This document shows positions 29,674-42,554 of a DNA stretch of 64,000 nt, piece by piece (within the stretch, counting starts at the first letter, position 1; each line of letters starts with the position of its first letter). The position numbers and the translations under genes are program-made. The stretch is taken from the NCBI GenBank assembly GCA_009103225.1, contig RHPI01002615.1, positions 355,857 to 419,856 of the forward strand, given 5' to 3'. The notes under the pieces are model-generated. The model was not told the origin of the DNA. It saw only the letters and a program-made list of their open reading frames with translations, and did not search any database. The DNA comes from Chlorokybus atmophyticus (taxonomy: Eukaryota > Plantae > Mesostigma and Chlorokybus algae).

Positions 29674-30185
29674 CTGATTCTAGCTCTGTGTGTATGCGTG
29701 ATGCGAGCTTGATGATGTGATAGGATACTGCCCTGAGAGGACAGCACTGTATATGTAGTGATAACAATTGTGATGGCGTGGTGGAGTAATAACTATGTCA
29801 CATTGCGTATCGAATGTTGGTCGTGTGGGGTTCAACCACACGGGTGTGGTGTATTGGTTTGGTCACTCTGGTTGACTCGGGTTTGAGATGGTTTGTGATT
29901 CATCAGCAACATTAACGACACGCTTGTTTCTTCGTGTCATTTCCACACATGCTATCAACAGCTCAGGCAGGCTTCTCATTTGCTTCACAAATAACAAAGC
30001 GACCGGAATGTGAATGTTGGAGGCATGCACTGTAGTAGCCTCGATTCACTGAATGCATGCACAGGCAGCATACACACTTACGACAACACAACCTGTGCCA
30101 ACAACGCACGCGCGTGAGCAACAGATGTGGCACGCGTGCTTGCAAATGACAATGAGGACCCTGACGCTGCACCTGGCACACCTCA

Positions 30186-33100
30186 TCACAGCTTCGACGC
30201 AACTGCGCATGTAAGACTACTCCTGCTATCTATCCTCGTCTGCATCTCCACCAAAGAGACCTCTTCACTCCTGTCGTGTTGTCGCGGTGAAGGTGTGGCG
30301 GTGGAGGTGGACACCACGGCCGCCAGCCCCTCTTTGATGGCGGCGGCGAGGTCGTCGATGTCGCGGGGAGAGTGAGCCGAAGAGAGAGCGATGCGAAGGC
30401 GAGAGGTGCCGGGAGCTACTGTCGGGGGACGGATTGCAGGCACATGGAAGCCTGTATGAACGAGCAAATGAATACATACGTATGCACAAATGTTCACCGC
30501 CGTGTGCGCACACATACACGCACGCGCATACACGGGCGTGAACAAGCATGTTAAGTAAAGACGATGGTGCGTGCCCCACACACAGACACACGCACACAGC
30601 AAGGCTACTGTTTGCTGTGCGTTGCTTACCGGCTCGCAGCAAATGTCGGCTGACGGCCAGCGCGGTCTTCTCGCTGCCGAGAACCAACGGCGCAATCGGG
30701 CTCTCAAACTGGTAGACAACACGAGAACGGGATCAGCAAGGGATCTCGTGTGTTATCTGCCTTGGTCATACGTGATGTACGTAAACCATCCATCACCCAT
30801 CGCAGTCAACTCTACAGTCACACCACGCAGCGCGATAACAACCATTCCACAAGTACAAACACACGCACACAGGCACACAGCAAGCACGCACAACCGCCAT
30901 GATAACATACACACGCCAAGTACGCCATACGATGCCGCCACCCATCCCTACCTTGACCCCTAGTGCCCTCGACAGCCTCTCCACATTCTCCCTCAACCTC
31001 TCCCGCATTCTCTCCCCTTCATGTGATGTCCCCACGGTGATCGCGGCCCGGGCGCCTGACACCACGGGGGAAGGGAGGGACGTCGAGTACACGAACGCGC
31101 GGGAACGGGAGGTGAGGAGACGCTTTATGTGGCGGGAAGAGGCGATGAAGCCGCCCTGTGCGGGGTGATTGGTTTGCGTGCACACACGTTTCGCAAGTGT
31201 GTGTGTTCATGTTGAAGCTATGCATAATATGGGAACAGTAAACTTGCGATGTCTCATATGCCTACATGGCAGCCGATGGCTTTGCTCAGGGTGCCAACAT
31301 GCACATCAACCTGGTCTGATACGCCCGCTTCCTCGGCTGCCCCACCACCTGATTACACAACAGAAGAGTATACATCAAGAACCCAACACAATTATTACTC
31401 GACTAACTAGTCGGGTGACGAGGCTACCGTGTTTGCCGCACACGAGGGTAGCGTGCGCTTCGTCTATCACCAGCAGGAACCCGTGCTTTGTGCGCAGCTC
31501 AGCAAGACGCTTCAAGTCCGCAAAGTCTCCTGCAATGCACAGCAGATAAAGCCAACATGTGTGATAGTCAGAAGATGAGACACAAGTACACACAAACAGA
31601 TGTGTTACAAAGTCCTTCCTGCTGATACCGTCCATGCTGAAGAGGCTGTCAGTCACGACGAGCTTGCGAGGAGCCCTGCAAGCTGCGAGTAGCTGCTCTA
31701 GATGCTCCATGTCATTGTGCCTGCCCACAACTGCCACAACATCATCATCACTACCAGGTGCGGCGTCAGCTTGAGGTGAGAAACGCCAATATGTACCAAG
31801 CACACTGTGGGAAACAGCATCAACACGTGACTGTTGGTATGAACTGCACCCCTCACATAGGCCACACGTCACATACACACATGCTATTGCATAAGCGAGA
31901 AGGAGATACTTTAAGATGTGCCCCAACACTGCGCATGCACACACATTGTGTACGCTCGCACACGCACACACGCACGCGCACGCACGCAGATACCATCCCC
32001 ACCTGTACACGTGGACTTGAGTTCTGTGCCTCCTGCTCGCCTGCACGGCAGCGTCCACAATGGAAGCATGGTTTAGCGCGTCGGAAAACAGCGCAACGGG
32101 TGTGTTGTTGTGGTGGTGGTGGTTGTGGTCGTTGTCTTTGCCGATGGAGCACAGGGCTGTGATGGCTGCCAGGTTAGCTGCGAACCCGGTTGGACAGAGC
32201 AAACAGGCCTCCGTTCCCTGAGAAACACACAGTATGTTAAAACCCAAGCTGTCTGTTTTTGCTGATGTTGCTGTTGTTCTTGACATCCTCGTCACTTGTG
32301 ATGAGTGAATGCTAATGCGCTGATGTCAACCAAGCAGACTGGTAGACCAACTCTGATCCAGCATGGATCAAAGGCAACGCCACCACCATGCCAGAGGTAT
32401 TGACGTGTATGCGAGTCATGAAACTGCTATGAAGTGCACATGATCGGTGTTGCCAAACACGGATCATGTGCACTTCACCATGGGTTGAATTTACACACAC
32501 GGCCTTCAACTCACTCACTCACTCACTTTCAGTCTTGCAATGTCCTCCTCAAGCGCCGCATGCTCCTCCGTGTAGCCGCACACGAGCGCGGACGATCTTG
32601 GTCCCATGCCGCGCGCCGCCGCCGCCCCCGCCGCCGCGCTTCTCACCGCCGCGTGGCACGACAGCGCGAGGTAGTCGTTGCCGGAGAACAGACGCAACCG
32701 GTGAAGGATGGCATCGCCGCTACTACTGGACTGATTGTCAAGTGCAGATGGGGACGATGGTGGATGTTGCTGCTGTTGTTCTTGTAGACGACGTGGTGGT
32801 GGTGGCTTCTCTTTGTCTGTTGTACTCGCTTCTATTTCGTCTTCTTCTTGAAGCCAGGATGTGAGCACGTGTGCGGGCACGAGTACTTCAGTTGCGGATG
32901 CTCCAGGAATCACTGCGAAGCGTTGCATGAGTTTTTTGACATGTGTTGGCTGTGAACTGTAGAGTGGTGTAAGCGTGTCTGTATGCGTGCGTGTTTGAAG
33001 TCAAGGGTCCAAGCCCCATTGTTGCGTGGTGGCGAACTTGTTTTGGATACTGTACTACACTCCTGCCATGCTTGCTTGGCACTCAATTGACTTTCTCTCC

Positions 33101-33537
33101 TACATGCCACAACAGCAGATTGCTGACCACTGCTGACCATCCGATGAAGGGTGAAAATGGCATGTTGCCGTAGTCGCTTTTCTGACACGCGTCCATACGC
33201 ATTGCACAAAAATCCTCTGCTCAGTATGAGGGTACGCTAATGTTGTCAGCAAGCACTGCGGGTTGCTTACATTGCACATTGACTCGAAGACAATCGCCAG
33301 CGCATAGCAGCAAGCACACTGCCAAGTGGGGTGTCAGCGCAATGCTTGCCAGCAACATGCTTTGCACAGCAAGCAATATGGCTGTTGCTCCACACCGCAT
33401 GCCTGTTAAGCAGCCAATCGCATGCCTCCATCCATCCCCATACCTGTCCGCAGGGTGCGCTCCAGCCGGCTCTCTCGCAGCGACGTCAGCGACCAATCCA
33501 GCCACGACTCCCACGCCGCCTCCAGCGACGCCGACAT
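30186..33537 (-). CDS. BIOF: 8-amino-7-oxononanoate synthase (KAPA synthase, biotin synthesis; PLP class II aminotransferase)
   Basis: Exons encode [99 protein letters not shown] (PLP Lys), [11 protein letters not shown] and [26 protein letters not shown]. The protein ends in -SKL* (PTS1). Confidence 0.96.
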
Positions 33538-35334
33538 GAGGCGGCTACGTGACTACGTCCTGTGCTCCTTGTCCTGACCCACCGCCGCCGCCGCCGCCGC
33601 TCTAACGTAACCCCCGTGACTGTCTGGTGCACTCACACAGGAGTGGGGGCTAGGTGGGGACACAGGTACGTGTACCGCATAGTATGTGGTGTGCTGGCGG
33701 TGACCTATGTGTCTACGTTGCTATTGTTGACGTACGTGTGCGCTTCTGTTTCGCTGGTTGTGTTGGGTTCCTGGTTGTACGCTTGGCATGTCTGTTACGC
33801 CTAGGCGGAAAACAGGTACGTGTAGAAGCACATCGCGCGGTGTGTTTACTCTACTAGGTATGCCATGTGTACGCCACTGTGCTCAGGCTATAGTTGCTCA
33901 CATTGTCTGCATAACGATGATGTGTTATTGCTAGGTTATTTGCAGAGTGCGTTGATTGCTAATATGATTGCATTCGTACATGGATGGACCATGTACTCAG
34001 TGTTGGCACTACGCGCAGGAGTGATACGTGTTTGGCGCATTCTGCATGCAACGCTTGTGCGAAGTATGAATTATACCTTATGCCAGTGCAATCTCAACTT
34101 CGCTGCGCACGCACGTACACGTAGAAATGCACCCACTCAATCACCCACCCGCATTTCCTCTAGTGCCGGTAAACACAAGCCATGCCAGTTGTATCTCATC
34201 AGCTATAAAATACCCATGTGAATTGTACACAAAAGGAGATACGTAACTACTTGGTGGCAACCAGTTACCTTTAAGGTGCAGCAACATGAACCTGCATTTG
34301 CACCTGCTAGTCGCAAACCACTTGCAGTCCGCAAAGGACAGAGTGAACACACGCGTGCAGGTGAGCAAACACATGCATGTATGTTTGATGGGGGTTGGAG
34401 GCAGTAGTTACAATAGCTACGTGTGGCTAGTAGAGGTAGACCCCGGTGGTAAATAATCATTGCATGATGGTGAGCTTTGTGAACAATGCATGTGTTATGC
34501 GTGTTGCATGTATCATGATTACTTGCATTTTCTGTACACTTTGCTGCTGTTGGAATGTTAGCATGGCTTATAGGCCTGCGTGGGTGAGCAAGCAGGGCCT
34601 AGTGGTTACTGTTGGACGCCTGAACAACCTTACACCACATGTTGCGCGGAAGTTGGCGTCTGTGTTGGTGCACCAGTGCAACTTGTGCTCGTTGATAAGT
34701 GCAAAGCGGGGGTACCAGGTATGCTTTATGGGATTGCGGTCAGTAAGTACATGTCACACATGCGTGACATATACTTAGACAACGGGGCAGAAGACAACCC
34801 AGCAATGCCTAGCTTATTATATATATGCCTGCTAGCACACTCATGAGGTAGGCTTGCAGCAGGGGGTACACAACTTTAGAAAGGCGTTGCCGAATCGCAT
34901 ACGGAACAACAGGTCGTTCTGCCCAGACCCACATGCACGCACATCTCAACATGCAGTAAACCAGGTGATGATGTACATGCAGTCCGCGCATGCCAGTTTC
35001 ACGGATGGACAAATAGCTCGTGCATAACACTCGTAGTAATGTAACCAACAAAAGTTCAGTTACTGTGTACACTCGTGCAATACGCAAAGCTGTTACCTCA
35101 CCGAGCACTCAACTCGGTTGCATGAGGTCAGCTGCAACAGCGCGACCAATCTGGCAGTGACTAAGACACTGACATTGCGCCCGTTGCCAGTGTCTCCATG
35201 CCGCCACATAAATACCCATAACTGCCCACCAAATACGCAACCATGTGACACACCAAGCAAGAGCTTGTGTGGCCGCATAACAAGAATGCAACGTGCTCTG
35301 TGCATGGAACCATGCGTGCAAGACCTGCTGTCTC

Positions 35335-37140
35335 TCACTCGTTCATCATCTTCTGGGCATAGAAGTTGATGATCTGGCGGGTGACCCAAACGTAGTCCGT
35401 GTCTGGCAGCTTGGTCATCTTCTTGACAGTCTCTTGAATCATCTGCTCGGGGACCAGCCGGTTGGTGCGATCGTAACCCTCGAGCAGGTTCAGCAACACC
35501 TCTGGAGTGTGAGAGTAGTCTGGATGCCTGCATGCAAAAACAAAACCAATTAAACCAGCATGAAGTTGATGATGAGATGGGGAAGGATGTCTGCGCCTGG
35601 ATGCGTGCTCACTGAGGTGCACACATATCACACACTCACACGTGCTCGCGCTTGCCATGCTATCAATTTGCAGTTGATGATAAAGATACCACTGAGTGCT
35701 AACAAACAGTACTGGACTTACCCACTGAAGGTCAGAATGTGGTCGCTTTTTGCCTACGAGAAAGCGCTCAAGTAAGTCATCCACGCCATATGTTCTCACA
35801 TTGCATATGTCTGTAACGTCACAATAAGATTGCCGAGCTCACCATTGCTTGGACATCTGTGACATTGTTGGTTGCGAGGGACTTGAGGCCGGCTGGCATC
35901 TGCAGGATGGCGTCATTGTGGTGGTAATGCAACCGGAAGCCGCGCCCGAGTAGCATGTCGGGACCGATGTTCCGCTCCCTGAAATAGCGCCTGCCCAGGT
36001 CGGTGAATGTCGCCATCCGCACGCCAACTTCGCTGCCTTTGGGGTTGGGAGCCACTTGACCACCGAGCGCCTGCAGGCAGGCATACTGATTACGCAGCAG
36101 TTGACTCACCTTTGAATATTCCATTGACAGTTGCACCTGGTAATGCTATATTGTGCGATAGATGTCTATAAATGCACACACGCACACGTGCACGCAGATG
36201 ACCATACATACAATCAGTTCTTACTGTTGCAAATATGTGCATGCATGCATATGCGTACAACTTCCCGCGCATGCGCCTAAGCCAACAGACATAGGAGGCG
36301 TGTGCATGTGCGCATGTGCAGGTGTGTATGTTATGTTGCAATCATAGCTGCATGCAGTTATATGTGATCTTCAAATTCATGATGCTTGGGCGACATCAAC
36401 GTGCTGCTGCCTTGCTGCCCTCTTGAACGACTGACCTGAGCCACAGCTTGATGGCCAAAACTAATGCCGCACAGCTTGCGTTTGTCCTGGTCTAGTTGCC
36501 GCACACGCTCGAGCAGCGTTTGGATCCAATCATCCTGTTGGTAAACACCGGACAGGGAGCCCGTAACTAGGAAGCCATCAAACTCGTTCAGTTGGGGTGG
36601 GAATTCCTTCTCTTTGGCATCAAACGCTGCAATATCAAGCGCACGCGCTTTGGTAAGCTTATCAATGCGTTGAGTTGAACTTTGTCAAAGGCTTCAACAC
36701 GCAGACTGTACCAACTCACTGTGCAAGTTGAGCTTGAATGGAAGTGGGGGCTCACGGTGCAGTGAGGACGTGCTCGGGTTGGCGCACACAAAATCAAAAC
36801 AGGACTGCAATAGCTCCACATACCCGCCGGTGCGCTGTCGTGTCAATGCAACAGTGTTGGCACAGCCTCAGCGACTGACAGCTGTCTGGTGCAGTACATG
36901 CAAGCATGCGCACCTCAACTACTGACCTGTAACACGGCTTGGGGCAAAACCTCTTGCAAACGCTCGCAGCATAGCACTGCAATCTGTTGCAAGCCGCTGT
37001 GATTAGTCAATGGCAATGCACCGTTTCAACGTGCTGTGTCTCAAGCATCCAGGCGAGTCCAGTGGCTGCAACAACAAAAAGACCGAAGGATGGCTTGCAT
37101 TGTTTGTTTATGGACGCACCTGCAGCTGTCGGATGCCCAT
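35335..37140 (-). CDS. Class I glutamine amidotransferase-like / gamma-glutamyl peptidase-like protein with a non-canonical triad
   Basis: Exons give (MGIRQLQ)|IAVLCCE...|RTGGYVELL...|FDAKEKEFP..FDGFLVTGS..DDWIQTL..RKLCGISFGHQAVAQ|ALGGQV..HHNDAILQMP..VQAM|AKSDHILTFSG|HPDYSH...KMMNE*. This is colinear with plant GGP and fungal GAT1 proteins. The start is tentative. Confidence 0.88.
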
Positions 37141-39322
37141 AACAGCAGCCTCAACTGGCAGGTTTATGCTGGTCAACCTCACGCACTGACTGCAACACGT
37201 CGTTGATCAGGCATAACAGTTGCGTTGCACCAATGCCTACGTGGGAGCATGCATGCACCCAACGGTCATTGCAACGGCCAAGCATGACTTCCGTTGCTGA
37301 CTACATGCATGGGTATTGATGACAACTGTCTTGCTCCAACAATGCCGAAACGAATATGACGTTGGCAACAATTCAAACACAGAGAAGCTGTCTCCTTGTG
37401 TATGCTATGCAAAGGCACACGATGGCTATGTCTGCACAGGTCCACGATGGCATTGCACAACCCAAGAGAATGATTGGCTTGGAGAGACAGCGACTGGCCA
37501 ACACGCTTGTTACGACAGATGGTCATGACGCAACCTGCAATCATCGTCGTGCTGACAACAGCTATCCACACAGGTACACAACATACACAACGCACACTCA
37601 GCAAAGGCGCTCGTCACGAACCGATCAAGCACCCACCCACAGCGCAGATGGCAATGCGACCGCAGCTAGCTGTAGTCGTCGCCACTTTACTCTTTACGTA
37701 CTGCTATTACGCTGTGACGTACAGCGGCAGCCAGGTAGTGCATGCAGAGCAGCAACCTGCAGCAAGCACCAAGCTGGCAGCGAGCTGAGCCCTTGCTCCA
37801 GCTCAACCCTAACAAGCACCACCCACAACGCAAGCAATGCGGCGTTCAGTACGCAATGCCGACGAGCACAGCGATAGCAGCGGTGAGCGCGTTGCACTGC
37901 ACCCAGCCAAAGGGAAGCTAACAGCGAAAGGAAGAAGCGTTTTGGAAATTGGCTTCAGGCGTGATATCGGCCGCTACTGCAAATGGACACGATGTTGAGG
38001 TAGATTTCATGTGCAGCGACCTTGGCGCGCAGATTGAGCATGAGCGATCTTTCTCTCCCTACCTGCCACGTGAACGGGCTAGACCATTATGACCACTGCG
38101 AAGTTGCAAGTCGCTGTAAATTGTTCTGGCACTGCTGACTTTAGCATCTAGGGCTACCGGTAGACCTATGTTGCATTGTTACATTTGCTTTGTTTTGCTG
38201 ATGCGTTGATTAGATAACGGTGCAAATTGACTAACAATCTTAACAAGTACTTTAAGACTTGCGCTCTTAACACGTGATTATTGAGATGTTGACATTTGTA
38301 TTATTGCTAGCATACGTCTTTATTGTTTGCGTTATACCCTACGCATGGGAGGCCTCCAGCAATTGTAATTTGACACAGGCGCGATACATATGATTGAGTC
38401 TGCCAATTGCATATATGCATAATTAACCGGGTGGGGTAGTTGTAGTGGTGGAGTAGGAAGAGAAGTAAGCAATGTGAGCATAGTTAAGATCGGTGATCGT
38501 GTTACAGGTGTTACTGCCATGCATGTCATATATGTTATTGGTGGCGCTGGTTGGTGGCATGCTGCACATGAAGACCAAAAGCTAGGTTGGGGACATATAA
38601 GGTTCTAGACTGGTAACAAACGTGAAAGTTGGGTTTGAAAAGCGACGAGGTGAAAAGTTGAATAATGATATGCAAGTTACAATTCCAATGTTTAATACTA
38701 CCAATTTCATGTTAATTTGGCCCCCTTGCATGTTTTCCCTTGCATGTTTTCCCTTCATGTTTTCCCTTAAATATTGCATTAGAAGAATACATGCTGGGAA
38801 AGTTATCTGTCCATCAGCTGTTAGTCTTCATGTGTTTTAGCTGTGATGTGCCATGTATGCTGTGTGTGGCATGCGTTGCACGCAGCTAATACCCTCAGCA
38901 TTCTTTTGTGCACAACGCGTATAATATGCTATAACCGGGCATCACCTGTCACCAACACGCTTGAGTATGTAACTACTTGTGACAATGTAATGCGGTTACA
39001 CAAATGTGCGGTTATTAGGTGACACTTGCCAACGTGTCATGTATGTCATGCATGTGAGCATAGAATGAGGAATAAGTGCAGGCTTCTTCATAACAATCGA
39101 TGGATACCAAGGTCTGCTAAGGTCTGCAAAACATTATCTCCCTCGCAGCGAGCTTGCCTACGCAATCTAGACAACACACTTGCAACAACTTTCGCGGTCT
39201 CGGCTCCGTGCGTGACCAGCTACAACTGATGTTCACAGTGCATTGGGTGCACAGTTATTGTCCGTCTGTAGCCTCCGCCCACTCACATGCCGGTCGAGAT
39301 CGACTAGCATGTGTGTTGTTTC

Positions 39323-39528
39323 TCACAATGTGGAAAATCTGTGCACTGCCAGTAAGTACTTGCAGTCTATAACAACCCACCCACCCACCCCCACCCCACC
39401 CACAACACACACNNNNNNNNNNNNNNNNNNNNNNNNNNNNNNNNNNNNNNNNNNNNNNNNNNNNNNNNNNNNNNNNNNNNNNNNNNNNNNNNNNNNNNNN
39501 NNNNNNNNNNNNNNNNNNNNNNNNNCAC

Positions 39529-39589
<61 letters not shown>

Positions 39590-41754
39590 GCGCGCACGCA
39601 CACGCACACGCACACGCATACGCGCACGCGTGCACGCACTACCATTGTGCAGCCACGTACAACATGCGCAGTACCCAGACACACACAAAACCGAGCTCCA
39701 CAAGGTGTACCTGTACAACATGTCATGCTGATACGTCTCCCCTGGTCGCACAAGCACTGATGGAAACGACGGCTGATTCACCTGCGGGAGTACGAACTGC
39801 TTGACGTATGCACTCAGTGCACCAACTTGCAGTGCCTCAACCTTGCGATGCACGTACCGCGTCTGGATACCCCTGCAAGATCAGCAAGCACCACTCAACA
39901 AATGAAGTGGCACGGGGTGCTAAATTATGCTTGTTTGGTGAAATATCGCAGCAAGAAGTCACCACACACAAGCACCTGGGTCTCCAGGCAAAGCGCAGCA
40001 TTTTCAGAGTAGCGTGCACCACCCTTCCCTGCCCAGGCTCTCAATCAAGCACCGCAGACACAGTTACAGGAGAGCGTAACTTAGTCCACAAAACACAGAT
40101 TCCATATGACACAGAAACCTGCTGACAACTTACCTTTAGCAGAGCCATCAAGAAAGTTGCCTGCCAGATTGAAAGATCAGCCACAAAAGATGTAATGCAC
40201 AGACACAGGTCAGAAGTGTGTTGTTATTGTTGTTGCCACTTGATTGCTGACCTGTATAGAACTGCATGCCAGGTGCAGTGGTGTGTAGCTCCATGACGCG
40301 CCCGGAGATGCTTTCGCTGACAGTTGCAACATGTCGCATCGAACCGGCCTCTCCATCAAGTGCATAGTTGTGGTCATACCCGTCATGGAGCTTGGCTAAT
40401 GTGTTCCCTATGATGTGCTTCGTGCGAAAGTCAAACAGCGTTCCTTCAACCTGCAGACTGCCACAGTGAGAACGGCAGACGGAATGTAAATCCAACTGTG
40501 CTTACACCTGTGATACCCTCTGGCCTTGAGGCCATTGTGTGCACCACTTACATTTGCAACATGCCCGAGGGGTATCAGCGTGCCATCAACAGGAGTATAC
40601 CCAGAAGCCTTGATTTCGAGTTCATGCTTTAGAATGTCTCCAGCATCATGCCCTGCAAGGTTGAAATACCTGCCAACACGACCCTAGCATAAAAAGTTGC
40701 ACATGAAGTGAGGCTTCCTGTTAATCTCAAGCGAGCAGCTTACGAATGCTGCGCAAGGTTGATAGGTGTTGCCTTGTCTGTAGTTGCTCGCATGTGGACT
40801 GCAAGCTCTTGGCCCTCTTGCAGAATGTACTCCACAGTGGTCTCAACTGTTCCAGGATAACCTGTATGCGCAGCACTTGTGTTAAGTGTTAAAGCATTGA
40901 TATGTACACAACTCTTCCCACAGTCAGCTGCTAGAAAACACCACCTTCCTCCCCGTCTTTGCTGGTGTACTTCAACCGCACCCCCACACCTTGTTCAGCC
41001 TTGAAAGGTTCAGCTTGCCACACACGCTTGTCAAACCCCGCCTTCCCACCTGCATTGTTTTCCATTACAATGTGTACATGCAAGTGTCATAGCATTGCAG
41101 AGAGAGAAGGCATGCAGCTGTGCCAGAATGAAGGGAAGCTGCGTACCGTGCAAGGAGTTGGGACCGTTGTTGATATGCAGTATATACTCCACGCCGCCCA
41201 ATGTAAACTTCCCCTTGGCAATCCTATTGGCCACGCGGCCGACAATAGCACCAAAGTATGGCACACTGCCATCCTGACCCGTTGACGATGAATGCAGTTA
41301 GCTGCTATTGCTGATAATGTTATGCAAACAGTCAGCTCACAACGTACTGTGTAAGGCGTCAGCTCGTCCAACCCAAGAACAATGTCTGCAGTGTTGCCTG
41401 TTGCAGACAGCCAGTGAGTAGATTTGTTGGAAGCAGCGTGTAACTTTGCAAACTGGACTGCGACCACTGGAATTTGCATGCCTCATCATGGTAATGGCAA
41501 CGGATGGACAACACTGATGGGGAGCGAACAGTGTGAATATTTACTGAACGACTAGCATGACAACCAACAGAAGCCAGGCTGCTGTGCTCACCGTTCCTGT
41601 CAGGCACTTTCAGCGTTCTTATAACGCATCCCCAGTTGGTGGCTTCCATCTCCAAGCCACCATGGCGCAGCCTAAAGAGCTGCACGTCTGACCGGCCAAA
41701 CTCCCGCACCTGGACGCCGTCCACGCCCGTCTCCTCCCAATCCAAGCTCTCCAT
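39323..41754 (-). CDS. Aldose 1-epimerase (galactose mutarotase); may extend in frame to an ATG near 41895
   Basis: Exons encode [107 protein letters not shown] and [12 protein letters not shown]. Confidence 0.96.
39413..39525. other. Assembly gap (N run) inside a microsatellite-rich intron
   Basis: A run of N flanked by CA repeats. Confidence 1.
39526..39640. repeat. (CA)n-(CG)n-(CACG)n alternating purine-pyrimidine tract
   Basis: Directly visible. About 100 bp of near-continuous RY alternation, including roughly nine CG units. Confidence 0.9.
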
Positions 41755-42554
41755 ACTTGGCAAGCTCCAGTAGCTACCACTCAACAACCTTTTTAACAAG
41801 TAGCTGCTGTCGACCACCACGATCACCCCGCCGGCTACAAGCAGGACAAGCATACAGCAGCCGCGAAGCATGCTGGCTTTACACGGATTCACCATTGCTA
41901 TGCATTGCACTTGCTGCTGTTGGTTTCAAGCATGTAGCCGTTGGCATGGTGGCGGGTGAGGGGGAGGGGGAGAGCGGCGGCGGTGGACCTGGTGGTGGTG
42001 GAGTTGGGTCATGGCAGCTTGGCAGCTGCTCAATTGAGGCTGAATGTCAACGCACCTGTCGTGTACACGTGAGGACTCTCTGAGGAGACGGGGGCGTTGG
42101 GTAGCAGCTCAGCAGCTTGGAGCAACAAGAGGCAAGAAGAGTGACAGCCATTGCGCACAATCCCCCCGGACACCAATTGGTACACGTTGAAATGTCGTGT
42201 CTGTCTTTGAGCCCTTGACAGCCAATCAACATTAGGTTTGCTAGTGTTACCGTGTGTGCGCGTGAGTCCAAGCGTACCTCATTACTGCTTGCTGCACGTC
42301 TCCTCCCCCGCCAGCCAATGCACCCGTTGCAAGTCAATTGCTGGAATGCTGCTCACATAATCTTGGGATGACTGTCAACGCTAGCTCATCTCCTTGCTTC
42401 CCTTCTCTTTGAGTTTCTTGCGTGGTGTGCAAGCATGCAGCTGTGGCCCATGAGACCAGCATACAACAGATATAGTCTTTCTGTCAACTGTTTTGAGAGT
42501 TACTTGCAAAACAGGCGGGATTTGTGCACAGCAGCGTGGTGACCTCGCTTCTGT

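Noticed and set aside
29822-29842. Hairpin with a GGTTCAA loop resembling a tRNA T-arm (similar at about 54423)
   Set aside because: The loop geometry is wrong and there is no cloverleaf or A-box.
34640-34920. PH-domain-like peptide (QAYLM...RNPIKHTWYPRFALINEHKLHW) downstream of the GAT gene
   Set aside because: An in-frame stop lies just upstream of the second part and no phase-compatible acceptor joins the pieces; the resemblance may be chance.
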